Shown here: positions 49,415 to 60,126 of the stretch, piece by piece | Layout of the letters: each line of letters starts with the position of its first letter | Numbering within the stretch: the stretch's first letter is position 1 | Source of the DNA: Granulicella sp. | GTDB lineage: Bacteria > Acidobacteriota > Terriglobia > Terriglobales > Acidobacteriaceae | Assembly (NCBI GenBank): GCA_027339965.1 | Contig: DAHWNL010000015.1 | Span: 32,001 to 96,000 of the forward strand | Reading direction: 5' to 3' | DNA length: 64,000 nucleotides | Notes under the pieces: generated by a model | Database searches by the model: none | What the model was told of the DNA's origin: nothing | The model's input: the letters and a program-made list of their open reading frames with translations, nothing else | Program-made: the position numbers and the translations under genes

Positions 49415-51355
49415 CTATGGTTTGCGGCGCAGAAACGCCGGAATATCCAACTCATCATTGTCCCCGGGAGACTCTCCGGCATAGCCCGAGAATGACGGCA
49501 CTTTGGCGCTCGGCCACTGCGGCCTGGCCGGATCCTCCGCCGGAGCCGGAACCAACTCTTCCTTTGGTTTGCGGAAGAAATCATCATCGAATACCGAAGC
49601 CTTTACCGGCAACAACTCCCCGGAGCCCTCTCCGCCAGCATTTCGAGAATCCTGAGCCTGCTCGACCGCCGTCTCGATGTCAGCGCCCGCGGTCATGGGC
49701 AAAAGCTGCTCGGCATGCGGTCCGGAGACCGTCGGCGCAATGTGCTCGACGACGACCGGAATGGGCGCAGATCCGTCGGCCTGGGTGGGCGGGGAATCCG
49801 GTGCCAATGCGGCATGCGTAGCCGCCTCTATCTCCGAAGCCCCTGCTGGAACAGACGCATCGAACGTCTCAAAGTGGGCTTCCGGATTGGGAACGAACTC
49901 AACCCGTACGCTCTGGTCATGCCAGGCCTGCTGCCGGGCTGTCTCATAGTAGGACGAGACCGGGAAGGGCGCTCGGGAACCCTGCGCCGCCGTGGAAGCT
50001 GGGGTTCCAAGAGAGATGGCCGGGGCGGAGACAGACATCGACGACGCAACGAAGCCCGCGGAGGCTGGGTTTACCTGCGCCTGAGGATCGGGCGCAGAAC
50101 CGCCGCGCGGCGCCTCCTCCGTGGCTCGCTCACTGGCGAAGCGAATGCTCGGCTGGAGCGCCGGCGAGGAGTAGACCACCGGCGGCGCGGGAGCAGTCTC
50201 GCGCGCCTGCCTGGGCTCTTGGGAGTTGGAGACCAGCGGCCGGGCGACGATCCGGGGTGGTAGAACGTCATGCTGCGCGGTAGGCAGCGCCGAGGCCGCC
50301 ATCATGCGCTCCCGTCGGGCCGGCATCGCCTCCCGGAATCCAGTTGCGATCACCGTGAACTTCACCTGATCCCCGAGCGCTTCATCCTGCACCGCGCCGA
50401 AGATGATGTTGGCGTCCTCGTGAGCCGCCTCCTGAATGATCGAAGAGGCCTCAATCACCTCGCTCAACTTCAATCCGCTGGAGCCCGTAATGTTGATCAG
50501 GATGCCGCGCGCTCCATCAATGGCTCCAGCCTCCAACAGCGGTGACGCGATGGCCGCCATCGCCGCCTCACGCGCCCGGTCCGGACCGGACCGGACGGCC
50601 GTTCCCATCACCGAGTACCCCATCCCCGCCATCGTCGTCTTGACGTCGGCAAAGTCGCGGTTGATCACCCCGGGGATGGTAATGATGTCGGAGATTCCTT
50701 GCACGCCCTGGCGCAGAATGTCGTCGGCAATCCGGAAGCTCTCAAAAAACCCAGCGTCCTTGGCGGTAATCAGCAACTTGTCATTGGGAATCACGATCAG
50801 CGTATCCACCGACTCCAACAGCTCCTGCAAGCCGCGCTCCGCCTGCATCGCCCGGCGTTTGCCTTCAAAGGCAAAGGGCCGGGTGACCACGGCGATCGTC
50901 AGCGCGCCCATCTCGCTGGCCAGGGAGGCGATCACCGGCGCGGCACCGGTGCCCGTGCCTCCACCCAACCCGGCTGTCACAAAGACCATGTCGGCGCCCT
51001 CCAACGCTTCAATGATCTTGTCGGTATCTTCCAGGGCCGCATTCCGGCCCACGTCCGGATTGGCGCCGGCACCCAATCCGCTGGTCAGCTTGACGCCCAA
51101 CTGCAGCTTGACCGGAGCATTGGATCCCTCCAGCGCCTGCACGTCAGTATTCGCCGAGATGAACTCAACTCCTTCCACCTGGGCTTCGATCATCCGATTG
51201 ATCGCGTTGTTTCCACCACCGCCCACGCCAATCACCTTGATGCGTGCGTTGCGGCGCGTCTCTTCCTGATATTGAATCCGGAGGGGTTCCGTCTGGCGAA
51301 GATCGTACGCATCGGAGCGCTTCACGCCCAACGGGTCTTCTGGCAGGTTATACAT
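49415..51355 (-). CDS. ftsZ: Cell division protein FtsZ (long C-terminal linker)
   Basis: [24 protein letters not shown] and C-terminal LDIPAFLRR motifs. Confidence 0.97.
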   Translation of the reverse strand: MYNLPEDPLGVKRSDAYDLRQTEPLRIQYQEETRRNARIKVIGVGGGGNNAINRMIEAQVEGVEFISANTDVQALEGSNAPVKLQLGVKLTSGLGAGANPDVGRNAALEDTDKIIEALEGADMVFVTAGLGGGTGTGAAPVIASLASEMGALTIAVVTRPFAFEGKRRAMQAERGLQELLESVDTLIVIPNDKLLITAKDAGFFESFRIADDILRQGVQGISDIITIPGVINRDFADVKTTMAGMGYSVMGTAVRSGPDRAREAAMAAIASPLLEAGAIDGARGILINITGSSGLKLSEVIEASSIIQEAAHEDANIIFGAVQDEALGDQVKFTVIATGFREAMPARRERMMAASALPTAQHDVLPPRIVARPLVSNSQEPRQARETAPAPPVVYSSPALQPSIRFASERATEEAPRGGSAPDPQAQVNPASAGFVASSMSVSAPAISLGTPASTAAQGSRAPFPVSSYYETARQQAWHDQSVRVEFVPNPEAHFETFDASVPAGASEIEAATHAALAPDSPPTQADGSAPIPVVVEHIAPTVSGPHAEQLLPMTAGADIETAVEQAQDSRNAGGEGSGELLPVKASVFDDDFFRKPKEELVPAPAEDPARPQWPSAKVPSFSGYAGESPGDNDELDIPAFLRRKP

Positions 51356-51544
51356 AGGCGTCTCTCCTTGAGCGGTGGTGAATCTCTTTGCTCCATTCTC
51401 CACGGCGGCGCGCCTGAATCGCACGCCTAAGCTCCCTCCTGCGTCGACGGAAAGAGCCAGCCGATGCCTGCCAGTCGTTCCAGCGTCCCACAACAGCAAC
51501 TGCCCGGCCTTATCCTTGGCCGGTTGGAGCGGAAGCCCGCAGAT

Positions 51545-52207
51545 CTACGGGGTGGGCATATGGATGACCACGGAAGCTCCAATCTGCTCCACTCCCACGG
51601 AACTTGGCCCGTCCACTGTGGCCCCGCTGCTGCCGAAACGGTTCATATTGCCAAGGCCCAGCTCGATCGGCCGCAGATCCAGCCAGGACGCCAGGCGCAC
51701 GGAGGTGCCGACAAAGCCCTCATACATGATGAAGTTGTCTTCCAGCCGGGGCAAAGGATAGACGGTGGTCAGGCTCGATCCGAAGGGTAGAGTGGCGTTG
51801 CTGCGCGCATACCCGGCCGAAAACTGCACGTATGGGTTCAACCAGAAGTAAGGTCCGTGAATCGATCCTTTCAGACCCAGCAACACGTCGTCCAGCACTG
51901 TCGTGTCGTTTCCTCCCGCCGAACTGCTCGCCGACTTGTAGGAGTGCAAGGTGCCCCCGCGGAGATCGACCCCCAAGCGCACGGGACCGATGTTGCGAAA
52001 GTCGTAATAGGCGCCCATCAGGAGCCCCTGAGGATAGACTTTGCCATTGGGGTCGGAGCACTGATGCTGCGGATCAAAGCAGGTAATGCCGGTAATTGGG
52101 GTGGACTGATAGCCGAGATACACACCCACCTGCGCCCGTGCCGCCCGGGCGCACCCCAAACCCAGCAACAGGGAGAAAGCAACTGCAACGCTTCTGCAAA
52201 ATCTCAT
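51545..52207 (-). CDS. Putative small OM beta-barrel protein between ftsA and ftsZ
   Basis: Signal peptide ending ARA-Q; amphipathic strands (NPYVQFSAGY, GASVVIH). Confidence 0.65.
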   Translation of the reverse strand: MRFCRSVAVAFSLLLGLGCARAARAQVGVYLGYQSTPITGITCFDPQHQCSDPNGKVYPQGLLMGAYYDFRNIGPVRLGVDLRGGTLHSYKSASSSAGGNDTTVLDDVLLGLKGSIHGPYFWLNPYVQFSAGYARSNATLPFGSSLTTVYPLPRLEDNFIMYEGFVGTSVRLASWLDLRPIELGLGNMNRFGSSGATVDGPSSVGVEQIGASVVIHMPTP

Positions 52208-52265
52208 ATCCCCTTAGTCTAAAGCAGTTCTCCTTCCCTCAGAACTCGGCAAATAACAGAAGCAC

Positions 52266-53492
52266 TTAGAAACTGCCCGCAAAGATCGACTTTACCTTCT
52301 GAACCCACCCCAGGTCCTCGCTGTCCTTGTTGATTTGGGTCCGATGGGTGTAGAGCAGCATGCCAATCGCGGCGGAAAACTCCGGCCGCGCCAGCTCCGC
52401 GGGCATCCGGCTGAGCGGCACTGGGTAGCCGATCCGCGCCGGCACGCGGAGCAGGCTCTCCGCATGGTCCAGCATGCCCGCCAGAAGCGCTCCGCCGCCG
52501 GTAAAGACACATCCCGCCCCCATGGCGTCCAGCACGCCGCCGGAGCGCAGGTTGTCCCGCAGCATGGTCAGCATCTCGCGCGCCCGAGGCTCCAGAATCT
52601 CCGCCAGAAACCTCTGCCGCACCAACCGCGCGGACTGCCCGCCGGAGGCCAGGTCGCCCCCCACCTCAATCTCATTGAGTTGAGGAACGGCGGTCACCAC
52701 GCAGTTCCCGTACAACTGCTTCAACCGCTCGGCCTCCTCTACACCCACGTGCAGCCCAACCGCCAGATCATTGGTGAAGTGGTCGCCGCCGATGGGCAGC
52801 ACCGCAGTGTGCGCCACGCTGCCCTCAAAGAACACCACCAGCTCGGTGGAACTCGATCCAATGTCCGCCACGCAGACGCCCAGCTCACGCTCATCCGCGG
52901 AGAGCACCGCTTCGGCCGCCGCGATACCCTCAAAGACCGTATCCACCACCTCCAGCTTGGCTCGGTTGGCGCAGGTCACCACGCTCTGCGCCGCGCTGCC
53001 GGAGCAGGTGGAGAGGTGCAGGCAAACCTCCAAACGGTTGCCGACCATTCCCACCGGGTCGTGGATCCCGCCTTGATCGTCCAGGATGAACTGCTGGGGA
53101 AGCAGATGCAGCACCTCGCGATCCGGCGCCAGTCCGATGCTGCGCGCCCGGTCGATCGCCGAACGCACGTCCTCGCGCGAGATCTCCTTCATACGGCTGC
53201 CCATGCTGATTCCGCCCTGCGAGTTCACCCCGCGCACATGCGGTCCGCCGATGCCCACCACCGTATTTTCAATTGGAGCCTTAGCGCCCTTCTCAGCCCG
53301 CAGCGCCGCCGCATCAATCGCCTGGACGGCGAGTCCAAGGTCTGAGATCACTCCCCGCCGCATGCCGCGGGAGGCCTCCACGCCATGGCTGCGATACCGC
53401 AGGACGCCATCCACCAGCTCTGCGACCAGAACGCAGCTCTTCGAGCTTCCTACGTCCAGTACGGTAATCAGATTGTCCGTCTTCGAGTTCAT
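52266..53492 (-). CDS. ftsA: Cell division protein FtsA
   Basis: LDVGSSK, DIGSSST, GGDHFTNDLA and TGGGA motifs; C-terminal amphipathic helix. Confidence 0.96.
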   Translation of the reverse strand: MNSKTDNLITVLDVGSSKSCVLVAELVDGVLRYRSHGVEASRGMRRGVISDLGLAVQAIDAAALRAEKGAKAPIENTVVGIGGPHVRGVNSQGGISMGSRMKEISREDVRSAIDRARSIGLAPDREVLHLLPQQFILDDQGGIHDPVGMVGNRLEVCLHLSTCSGSAAQSVVTCANRAKLEVVDTVFEGIAAAEAVLSADERELGVCVADIGSSSTELVVFFEGSVAHTAVLPIGGDHFTNDLAVGLHVGVEEAERLKQLYGNCVVTAVPQLNEIEVGGDLASGGQSARLVRQRFLAEILEPRAREMLTMLRDNLRSGGVLDAMGAGCVFTGGGALLAGMLDHAESLLRVPARIGYPVPLSRMPAELARPEFSAAIGMLLYTHRTQINKDSEDLGWVQKVKSIFAGSF

Positions 53493-54967
53493 GGAGTCAC
53501 TCCGTAGCTGCCGCCTCCGGAAGCGCCTGCGGCTCTGCTCCTGACAGGGGTTCCAGAGGCACCCCCAACCGCGCTGCGCCGGCTCGCTTTCTCACTCTTC
53601 GCCCTAGCCCCTTCGTTCGTCCGGCTGAGCGAAGCGCGATGGGCTCGGGATAACTCGGCAAAGACGCGCTCATTGGCGGCGTCAACTCCGGAGCCCGCAG
53701 CTCTCTTCTTGCCGCGTGCCTTGGCCGCCGGTCTCTGCGGAGAGGAAGGTACGGCCGGTCTCACCCTCCGCGCCAGGGGCATAGCTGCCCGGCCAGCCAC
53801 TGCCGGCCCCACACCCGCCGCAGCCTCCTGCGCCACGCCGCCTGCGGCCGCTTCCCCGCTCCCTTGCATTCCCAACACAATCTGTCCCTGATAACGCATA
53901 TCCACGGAGGCCAGCTTTGGATAAGCTTGTCTCCACTCCGGCAGGTGCTGCTCAAACTCCTGGTACCGTTTGAGAAACTGCTCCTGCCCGAAGTGCACCA
54001 GAACATCAGACCCACCCGAAGTGATCAGAGCCCGCAGATCCTCTGCATCCGAGATATCCACCTCGCTTACGGAATCCGTCAGATGCTGTCCGGCGCCGTC
54101 CAGCGCCCTCATAAACTGAAGATACATCTGAATCTTTGCCGCCCGGTCCGCGGCAGGCTCCTGCGGCGTGACTCCTGTGAGCACGGGAAAGGAGTAGCGT
54201 GGATCCCCAGCCGCCTCCGGCGGCATGTCCAGCAGAACGCCGCTGGAGTCCACCAATCCGATCTCGGTTCCCTGGCGCACAAACGCCACCGGGACCCGTT
54301 CGACGATCTTGACTCGCAGGACGTCGGGGAGAAGACGCATCACAGTCGCATGGGCCACCCACGGCAACTGTTCCAGCGTGGTTCGCCGCTCGGTCAAGGG
54401 CACGCGAAAGATGCTCCGCTCCAGATCCGGGGCAAAGATACTCAAAACCTGGTCCCGCGAAAGGTGTTCGGCGCCCACAATCTGGACATCGTCCGAGGTC
54501 GCCAGCACAAACCGCGGGTCGCGCATCAGGTAAGCGCGCGCAGCCAGCCAGGCCATCAAGAAGGCGGCCAACAGAACAAAGGCCAGCGAGGCAAAGACAA
54601 TCCGGCCTCCGGTGCTGCGCGGCAAGCCGCGCAGCCGCACCCTCAGGCTTCCCCGTCGGGGAACATACTGCTCTTCCTCGGCGGCTCCATGGGCGGATGC
54701 CGTGGACCCCGTCCCGCACGTATCATCGCTTTCAACCCCGAGACCGCGCTGATAAGCGCCGGCGGGAGCGGGAGCGTTCCGGCTGGATGAGGGGGAGCGC
54801 TCTTCCGATGGTCTCGCCGAGATATTTCTATTCCTCCACTCCAGGCTTGGCCCTTCAGGTTCCTGACCCGCGGACGCCGGGGCAAGACTCTCCGCGGGCG
54901 CCATCAGCACCCCGGAGAGCAGCCCGGAGTCATACTCAGACCCGCGCTTGGAACCTGTCTTCCTCAT
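53489..54967 (-). CDS. ftsQ: Cell division protein FtsQ/DivIB
   Basis: TM + POTRA (LPWV..V.R.LP....I.ER.P), VDMRY; coupled to ftsA; start uncertain. Confidence 0.9.
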   Translation of the reverse strand: MRKTGSKRGSEYDSGLLSGVLMAPAESLAPASAGQEPEGPSLEWRNRNISARPSEERSPSSSRNAPAPAGAYQRGLGVESDDTCGTGSTASAHGAAEEEQYVPRRGSLRVRLRGLPRSTGGRIVFASLAFVLLAAFLMAWLAARAYLMRDPRFVLATSDDVQIVGAEHLSRDQVLSIFAPDLERSIFRVPLTERRTTLEQLPWVAHATVMRLLPDVLRVKIVERVPVAFVRQGTEIGLVDSSGVLLDMPPEAAGDPRYSFPVLTGVTPQEPAADRAAKIQMYLQFMRALDGAGQHLTDSVSEVDISDAEDLRALITSGGSDVLVHFGQEQFLKRYQEFEQHLPEWRQAYPKLASVDMRYQGQIVLGMQGSGEAAAGGVAQEAAAGVGPAVAGRAAMPLARRVRPAVPSSPQRPAAKARGKKRAAGSGVDAANERVFAELSRAHRASLSRTNEGARAKSEKASRRSAVGGASGTPVRSRAAGASGGGSYGVTP

Positions 54968-55124
54968 CTCCGCCTGGCCCTGAGCAAGGCCGCGGAAAAT
55001 CGCCTTACTCTCCACTATAACGGGACGAAGCCACCCGGCTGCGGCCGTCCACACCGGGGTATCGCCTCAGGAACGCTCCCCTGGTGAATACGTTCTTGCT
55101 GCTTGAAACTCAGAGCAACCTGCC

Positions 55125-56222
55125 TTACCGGTTCCGCGGTCTGTCCGCATCCCGGGTCTTTACCAGATTGTCGAAGTCCAGGGATATCTGCACCAACTCC
55201 CCAGGCCTTTGCGCCTTCGGCTGCTCGCGCTGAAGCCAGGCGGGCAGGTCCACGCGCCACAACCGGGCCACGGCGCTGCCGACCCACATCGACCCCCGTA
55301 GTACATGCTTGGCCTTGAAGGGGCCTGCCAGGCGCATCTCGCTGATCCAGTGGGCAGCCGCGCTGGCCGAGCAGCCGCATTGGGTGCAGTCGGGATCGCC
55401 GCCAAAGACGCAGGGCTCAATGCGCGTGGAAAGATCGGCGGAGTAGTTTTTGGAGAGACGCGAAAAAGTGCATTGCCGCGGGGAGGCAGGCGGGTGCCGC
55501 AGGGCCTGCGCGAAGCCTTCCCCGGTGAGCAGTTTGGGATAAAGTGTGCGGAGGCGAGGCAGTTCACTGGTGACCCGCCGGCGCTGCTCGGCGGTCAACC
55601 GCTCCTGGCTATGCTCATCGCGCTGGGGCGAGTAAAGGCTGACCCAGATGTGGCTCACCTCCGGACGCTCGCTCCAGAAGCGTACGTACTCCTCCAGATA
55701 GCCGTCGCGCGTCAGCATCTGCGCGGTGATGGTCCAGTGAACGTTGATGCGGCGGCCGGCGATGTTCTCCAAAATGCGCTCGTAGGTTGCCGGATGCCGG
55801 CGCACGTCATGATGCTCCGGCAACCCATCGATCGAGACTGCCGCAGTGAAGTTGGGAAGGCTCATCCACTCCACGGGAATCGGGATGATGCCGCTGGTGA
55901 CCACCATGGCGTGCATGCCCCGAGCGGTAATCCAGGGCAAGATGCGGCTGAGCTCACGGTGGCGCAGCATGGGTTCGCCGCCCACCAGTGTCACGTGCAG
56001 CGGCCTGTGGCGACGGACCAGACCGAGCACGCCGCTGACCAGTGCGTCGCCGCGCTTGTCGCTCAGATCACGCAGCGTCAGCCCACCGCCCAGATGTTCC
56101 TGGCCGTACGCGTAACAGCCAGGGCAGCGCAGTGGGCACTCGCGGGTGATCTCGATGGACAGCATGGGGGTGCTGCCCGCAAGCACTCTCCCCCATGACT
56201 TCAAAACATCCGAGGTGCGCAA
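55125..56222 (-). CDS. Radical SAM protein with a C-terminal Cys cluster
   Basis: CPLRCPGC, GGEP, SIDG; C-terminal C..PC...DCTQCGC. Confidence 0.9.
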   Translation of the reverse strand: MRTSDVLKSWGRVLAGSTPMLSIEITRECPLRCPGCYAYGQEHLGGGLTLRDLSDKRGDALVSGVLGLVRRHRPLHVTLVGGEPMLRHRELSRILPWITARGMHAMVVTSGIIPIPVEWMSLPNFTAAVSIDGLPEHHDVRRHPATYERILENIAGRRINVHWTITAQMLTRDGYLEEYVRFWSERPEVSHIWVSLYSPQRDEHSQERLTAEQRRRVTSELPRLRTLYPKLLTGEGFAQALRHPPASPRQCTFSRLSKNYSADLSTRIEPCVFGGDPDCTQCGCSASAAAHWISEMRLAGPFKAKHVLRGSMWVGSAVARLWRVDLPAWLQREQPKAQRPGELVQISLDFDNLVKTRDADRPRNR

Positions 56223-56458
56223 CCCGGAACCTCAAGGGCGCCCCGCAAACCGGCAACAACGTGCCATTCGCGGTCGCACAGCCGGCCCATTTGCCAGGCA
56301 CGGCTCCAGCGCCAGACACAGATTTGCGTTCTCGGCCCCACGATGCAAAGATCGGCTTCCGGCCGGCTACCCTCTATGATATCGCTTTTCCATCTTCGGC
56401 AGACGGGAAGATCCTGCCGCAAGCAGGTCTTCCGAACACGCTTGCTCGCTGTCCACCA

Positions 56459-57871
56459 TCAGCACTTGTGCTCATCCCCGTTTTCGTCCGGGCATCCCAT
56501 CGCACTCGGTGAAGAGTTGGGTGCGGGCGGCAGCGAGGAAAAGCTCATGTAGATGCCCTGCCTGGGCCGCAGGATCACCATCGCCCGCTCCGCAACGTCT
56601 TGTCCAGGCTCTAGATAAAGATCGTAATGGCGCAGGAGAACGCTAAGAATCATCAACATCTGGAAAATGGCATAGTTGGCCCCGATGCAGCTCCGCGGTC
56701 CCCCTCCAAAAGGCAGATGCGTAAACGGCGTCTGCTGCTTGATCTGCTCCCTGGCGAAGCGCTCCGGATTGAACTTTTCGGGACTCGGCCAGTACCGTTC
56801 TGCTCGATGGGCGCCATACACATAGACGATGACCATCGAACCGCGCGGAATCACGATATCTCCAACTCGATCCTCGGCCATCGCCATGCGGTCAATCATC
56901 CAGAAGGGAGGATAGAGACGCAGTCCCTCCTGGATGACCTGGATGGTGTACTCCAGCCGGGCGATCTCCGCGTAACCCAGAGGCGCCGCACCCAGCACGG
57001 AGTCCAGCTCCCGCCTCACGCGCCGCAGGCAATCCGGGTGCGTGCTCAATAGATACAAAAGCCAGGAGAGGCTATTGGACGATGTTTCATGGCCGGCCAC
57101 CAGAAGCTGCATGCTCTCGCTCAGCAACATCTGGTCACTCATGCCCTGCCCATCGCTGTAGCGGGCATCCATCAGCGTCTGCAGAAGGTCGTGCCCGGGC
57201 GGCTGGCCCCGCCGCTGGCGAATGTACTCCAATAGAACGCCGTCGGCGCGCTCTCGCATCTGCTCGTGTTTGCGCAACTGGCCGGAGACCGAAAACCAGG
57301 GGTTCAGATATGGCTCGATCGTCTGGCGAACGATGAACTCCTGAATGGTGGAAATGGAGTGGCTGACCAGGCCAATGTCCTCACTCTTCAGACGAGCGCC
57401 AAAGAGCGAGCGCGCCACCATCGCAAAGGTCATCTTCATCAGGTGAGGGTGGATGTCCACCGGACCAAGACGAACCTGGCGGTCAAACTCCGGCAGAGAC
57501 TCCTGCAACGACTCCTGCATGATGCTCCCCAGCGCCTCCAACTGCTTGCGATCGAATCCCTTCTGGATCAACCGCCGCTGCGTCCGCCAAGCCTCTCCGT
57601 GGGTGGTCAGCAGACCTTTGCCCAGAAAGTGGCCCATTCGCCTGACCTGGATGTGCGACTTCTGATAGTTCTCTGCGTTGGTCTTTAGAACATGCTGCAT
57701 CACCGCAGGTTCGCGCGTCAGCAGAGCTTTCTTCATGCCCCCTAGATAGAACCAGAAGGTGTCGCCATAATGCTCCGTGTACTTTGAGAGAACGTCGATG
57801 GGATTGCGCGCCATCGCGCGCGAGTCCAGAAGGGAGCGAAGCCGCGAGGCCCCCGGGGCGGAGGAGGGCAA
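56459..57871 (-). CDS. Cytochrome P450
   Basis: AGHET (I helix), EGLR (ExxR), PERF and FGGGPRSCIG heme motif; TTG start after AAGGAGG. Confidence 0.96.
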   Translation of the reverse strand: MPSSAPGASRLRSLLDSRAMARNPIDVLSKYTEHYGDTFWFYLGGMKKALLTREPAVMQHVLKTNAENYQKSHIQVRRMGHFLGKGLLTTHGEAWRTQRRLIQKGFDRKQLEALGSIMQESLQESLPEFDRQVRLGPVDIHPHLMKMTFAMVARSLFGARLKSEDIGLVSHSISTIQEFIVRQTIEPYLNPWFSVSGQLRKHEQMRERADGVLLEYIRQRRGQPPGHDLLQTLMDARYSDGQGMSDQMLLSESMQLLVAGHETSSNSLSWLLYLLSTHPDCLRRVRRELDSVLGAAPLGYAEIARLEYTIQVIQEGLRLYPPFWMIDRMAMAEDRVGDIVIPRGSMVIVYVYGAHRAERYWPSPEKFNPERFAREQIKQQTPFTHLPFGGGPRSCIGANYAIFQMLMILSVLLRHYDLYLEPGQDVAERAMVILRPRQGIYMSFSSLPPAPNSSPSAMGCPDENGDEHKC

Positions 57872-58007
57872 ACTACACCTCCTTCAAGGGCGATTGTTTG
57901 AGAGAACCGAACCATAACCGGCCAGTGTCACAACTGAATTGGGGCGCCATAGGGAAAGATCCAGACTCCGCGAATGTCGGTTCGCGCCTTTCTTTGTTCT
58001 TCTGTCT

Positions 58008-59144
58008 TCAGTCTGCCTGGCCGAGTTGTCTCAAGAGCATCAGATGGTGACGGATGGCCCCGGCCATGGTGCGATTCTGCCGGTAGGGTATGCCAAACTC
58101 GGCGGCTGTCTGCGCGACGATGCGGGTGAGAGGAGCATAGTGGGTGTGGCAGACGTAGGAGCACAGATGGTGCGCCACATGGTGGTTCAGCCCACCCGTA
58201 AGCCAGCCCACAACCGGGTTCGACGTTGCATAGTCGGCGGTGGTGGCAAAGATGTGATAGACGCCGTTCTCAAACTCATCGCGGCTGGCGGGAAAGTGTG
58301 TGCTTGCCACCGTATGGGTGGTCTGAAAAACTAGCGCCACGCTCAGCCCGACGATCAGATGCACCAGCAGGAATGCCCCGGCCACCAACCACACTGACCG
58401 GCCCAGCACCACCACAGGCAAGATCAGCATGTAAGTGACGTAGAGCGCCTTGCCCATCAATAGGGTGGCGTACTCCCGCGCCGGATGCCGGGCTCGCCGA
58501 AGGTACTCGTGGCTAGGAAAGAAAAAGCACTCGAAGTCGCGCACAAAAACGTAATCCAGAGAGAAGACCGCGTAAAGACCCAGCGCGTAGATATGTTGAA
58601 ATCGCTGCGCCCGGGTGCGCGGCTCATGCGGAGTAAAACGCAACAGTCCTCTTCCCGTCAGTGCATCGTCCTCCCCGTGGATGTTGATGCAGGAGTGATG
58701 CCCGCGGTGGTGCAGAATGCGCCACATGTAAGAACTGATGCCGCAGAGATCAAAGACATAATTCAGTGTCTTGTTGACCCAGGGGCGGGACGAGATGGCG
58801 TTATGGTTGCTGTCGTGAGCGATATTCAGCAGCAGGAAGGTCTGGGCAAGCCCGCCTAAAACGTAGAGAGCCACAAAGGCTCCCGGTCCCATCCTGACGG
58901 CATAAATCGCGATCCAACTGCCTGCGAGCAACGCCATTCCAGCGACAATCTTGACCCACATGGTCCGGTTAGCCTTGGGAGAGATGCCCTGACTGGTAAA
59001 GTACTGTTCCAGACGCTGCCGCAAGACTTTGGGGAAAAGGGCGCGGCCCGCTGCATCGACCGGAGAGTCGCCGGCTATCGCTCGCGCCGGGTCACGGTCA
59101 ACAGCTTCATCGCCGGTGCGCTCGCGAATCACCAGGTCCTCCAT
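58008..59144 (-). CDS. Membrane fatty-acid desaturase (delta6/linoleoyl-CoA-desaturase-like, no cyt b5 fusion)
   Basis: His boxes HDSNH, HHRGHH and HHVAHH; TM segments. Confidence 0.92.
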   Translation of the reverse strand: MEDLVIRERTGDEAVDRDPARAIAGDSPVDAAGRALFPKVLRQRLEQYFTSQGISPKANRTMWVKIVAGMALLAGSWIAIYAVRMGPGAFVALYVLGGLAQTFLLLNIAHDSNHNAISSRPWVNKTLNYVFDLCGISSYMWRILHHRGHHSCINIHGEDDALTGRGLLRFTPHEPRTRAQRFQHIYALGLYAVFSLDYVFVRDFECFFFPSHEYLRRARHPAREYATLLMGKALYVTYMLILPVVVLGRSVWLVAGAFLLVHLIVGLSVALVFQTTHTVASTHFPASRDEFENGVYHIFATTADYATSNPVVGWLTGGLNHHVAHHLCSYVCHTHYAPLTRIVAQTAAEFGIPYRQNRTMAGAIRHHLMLLRQLGQAD

Positions 59145-59416
59145 CTCCTCCGCGGTTATGGGTACTGTCTGCACGCAGGACGTCACAGTCCCCTCGCAAC
59201 CCCAACTTGCTCCAAATTCCATCCGGCCTCCCCGCAAGATCGGCGAACAGGGTGCGGACAGGGCAGATTATAACCCCGCAGTCCAAGTTTGCGACGGTAG
59301 CGCAGCGCCCGCGCTCCAAGCAAGACCGGAGTCGCAAGCCTCGGTAGATCCTCACCCGGCGGAGAGATGGCCGTGAGCAGACAAGGCAGGCATGACGGAG
59401 CGTTCATCTTGAGCTG

Positions 59417-59505
59417 GAAATCCTGAACTGGAAATCTTTGGACGGGCAATCCTGGCCCCGCAATCCTGGCCCCGCAATCCTGGACCCGCAGTCCTGGACC
59501 CGCAA
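59417..59505. repeat. 14-bp tandem repeat, ~6 copies
   Basis: gcaatcctggcccc x2, gcaatcctggaccc, gcagtcctggaccc plus two degenerate gaaatc units. Confidence 0.85.
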
Positions 59506-60126
59506 ACATGATGGGCAATTGCGCTCTGCTATCCTTGGCCAATGGCTCGTGCTGTCACCATGAAATGGCTCATTTCCTTGCCACTCCGCTGCTGTGCCGC
59601 GTCGGCTCGCCCAGCTCTCGCGCTCTCTTGTCGCGACGGCTGCGGGCTCTGGCCATGGAAATCACGCGCGTGCAATATACTGGAGACTTCAGCGCTCAAC
59701 CGTTGATCTTTAAGACCCAATTCCGAGCCCGAAAAGAAGCAGGACCTGCCCCAAAGGTGGAGCGGAGATCGAGAGTTCAGGTATCTTTTTCCATCAAAGA
59801 AGGGCATGCCCCCGCGCCGCGCTTGAACAGATACGGTCGGTAAGTTGCTTCGCGGGCACAGCCACAGACAAACAGAATGGGCTGGCAGAGAGAAGGTCAC
59901 TGAGTGGTTGCGCGAGAGTTCCCACTCCAGCCTTACCCTGACAAGAGGCACCGATCATTGAGAATCCGGAGTTTGGCCGCCCGGATTCATTCTGCAACAT
60001 GGGCTGTTGTACGGCTGGGCAGAGGCTAGGACTCTGGCTCTTTCCATGCCCAGGGAGATGTCTTGGACACCAGCGCCAGATGCTGATCGCTATCAACCCA
60101 ACACGGGAGGTCGTCACGGACCGATT

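Noticed and set aside
59566..59581. Sigma54 promoter for the FAAL gene (TGGC...TTGC)
   Set aside because: GG-GC spacing is 11 nt rather than the required 10
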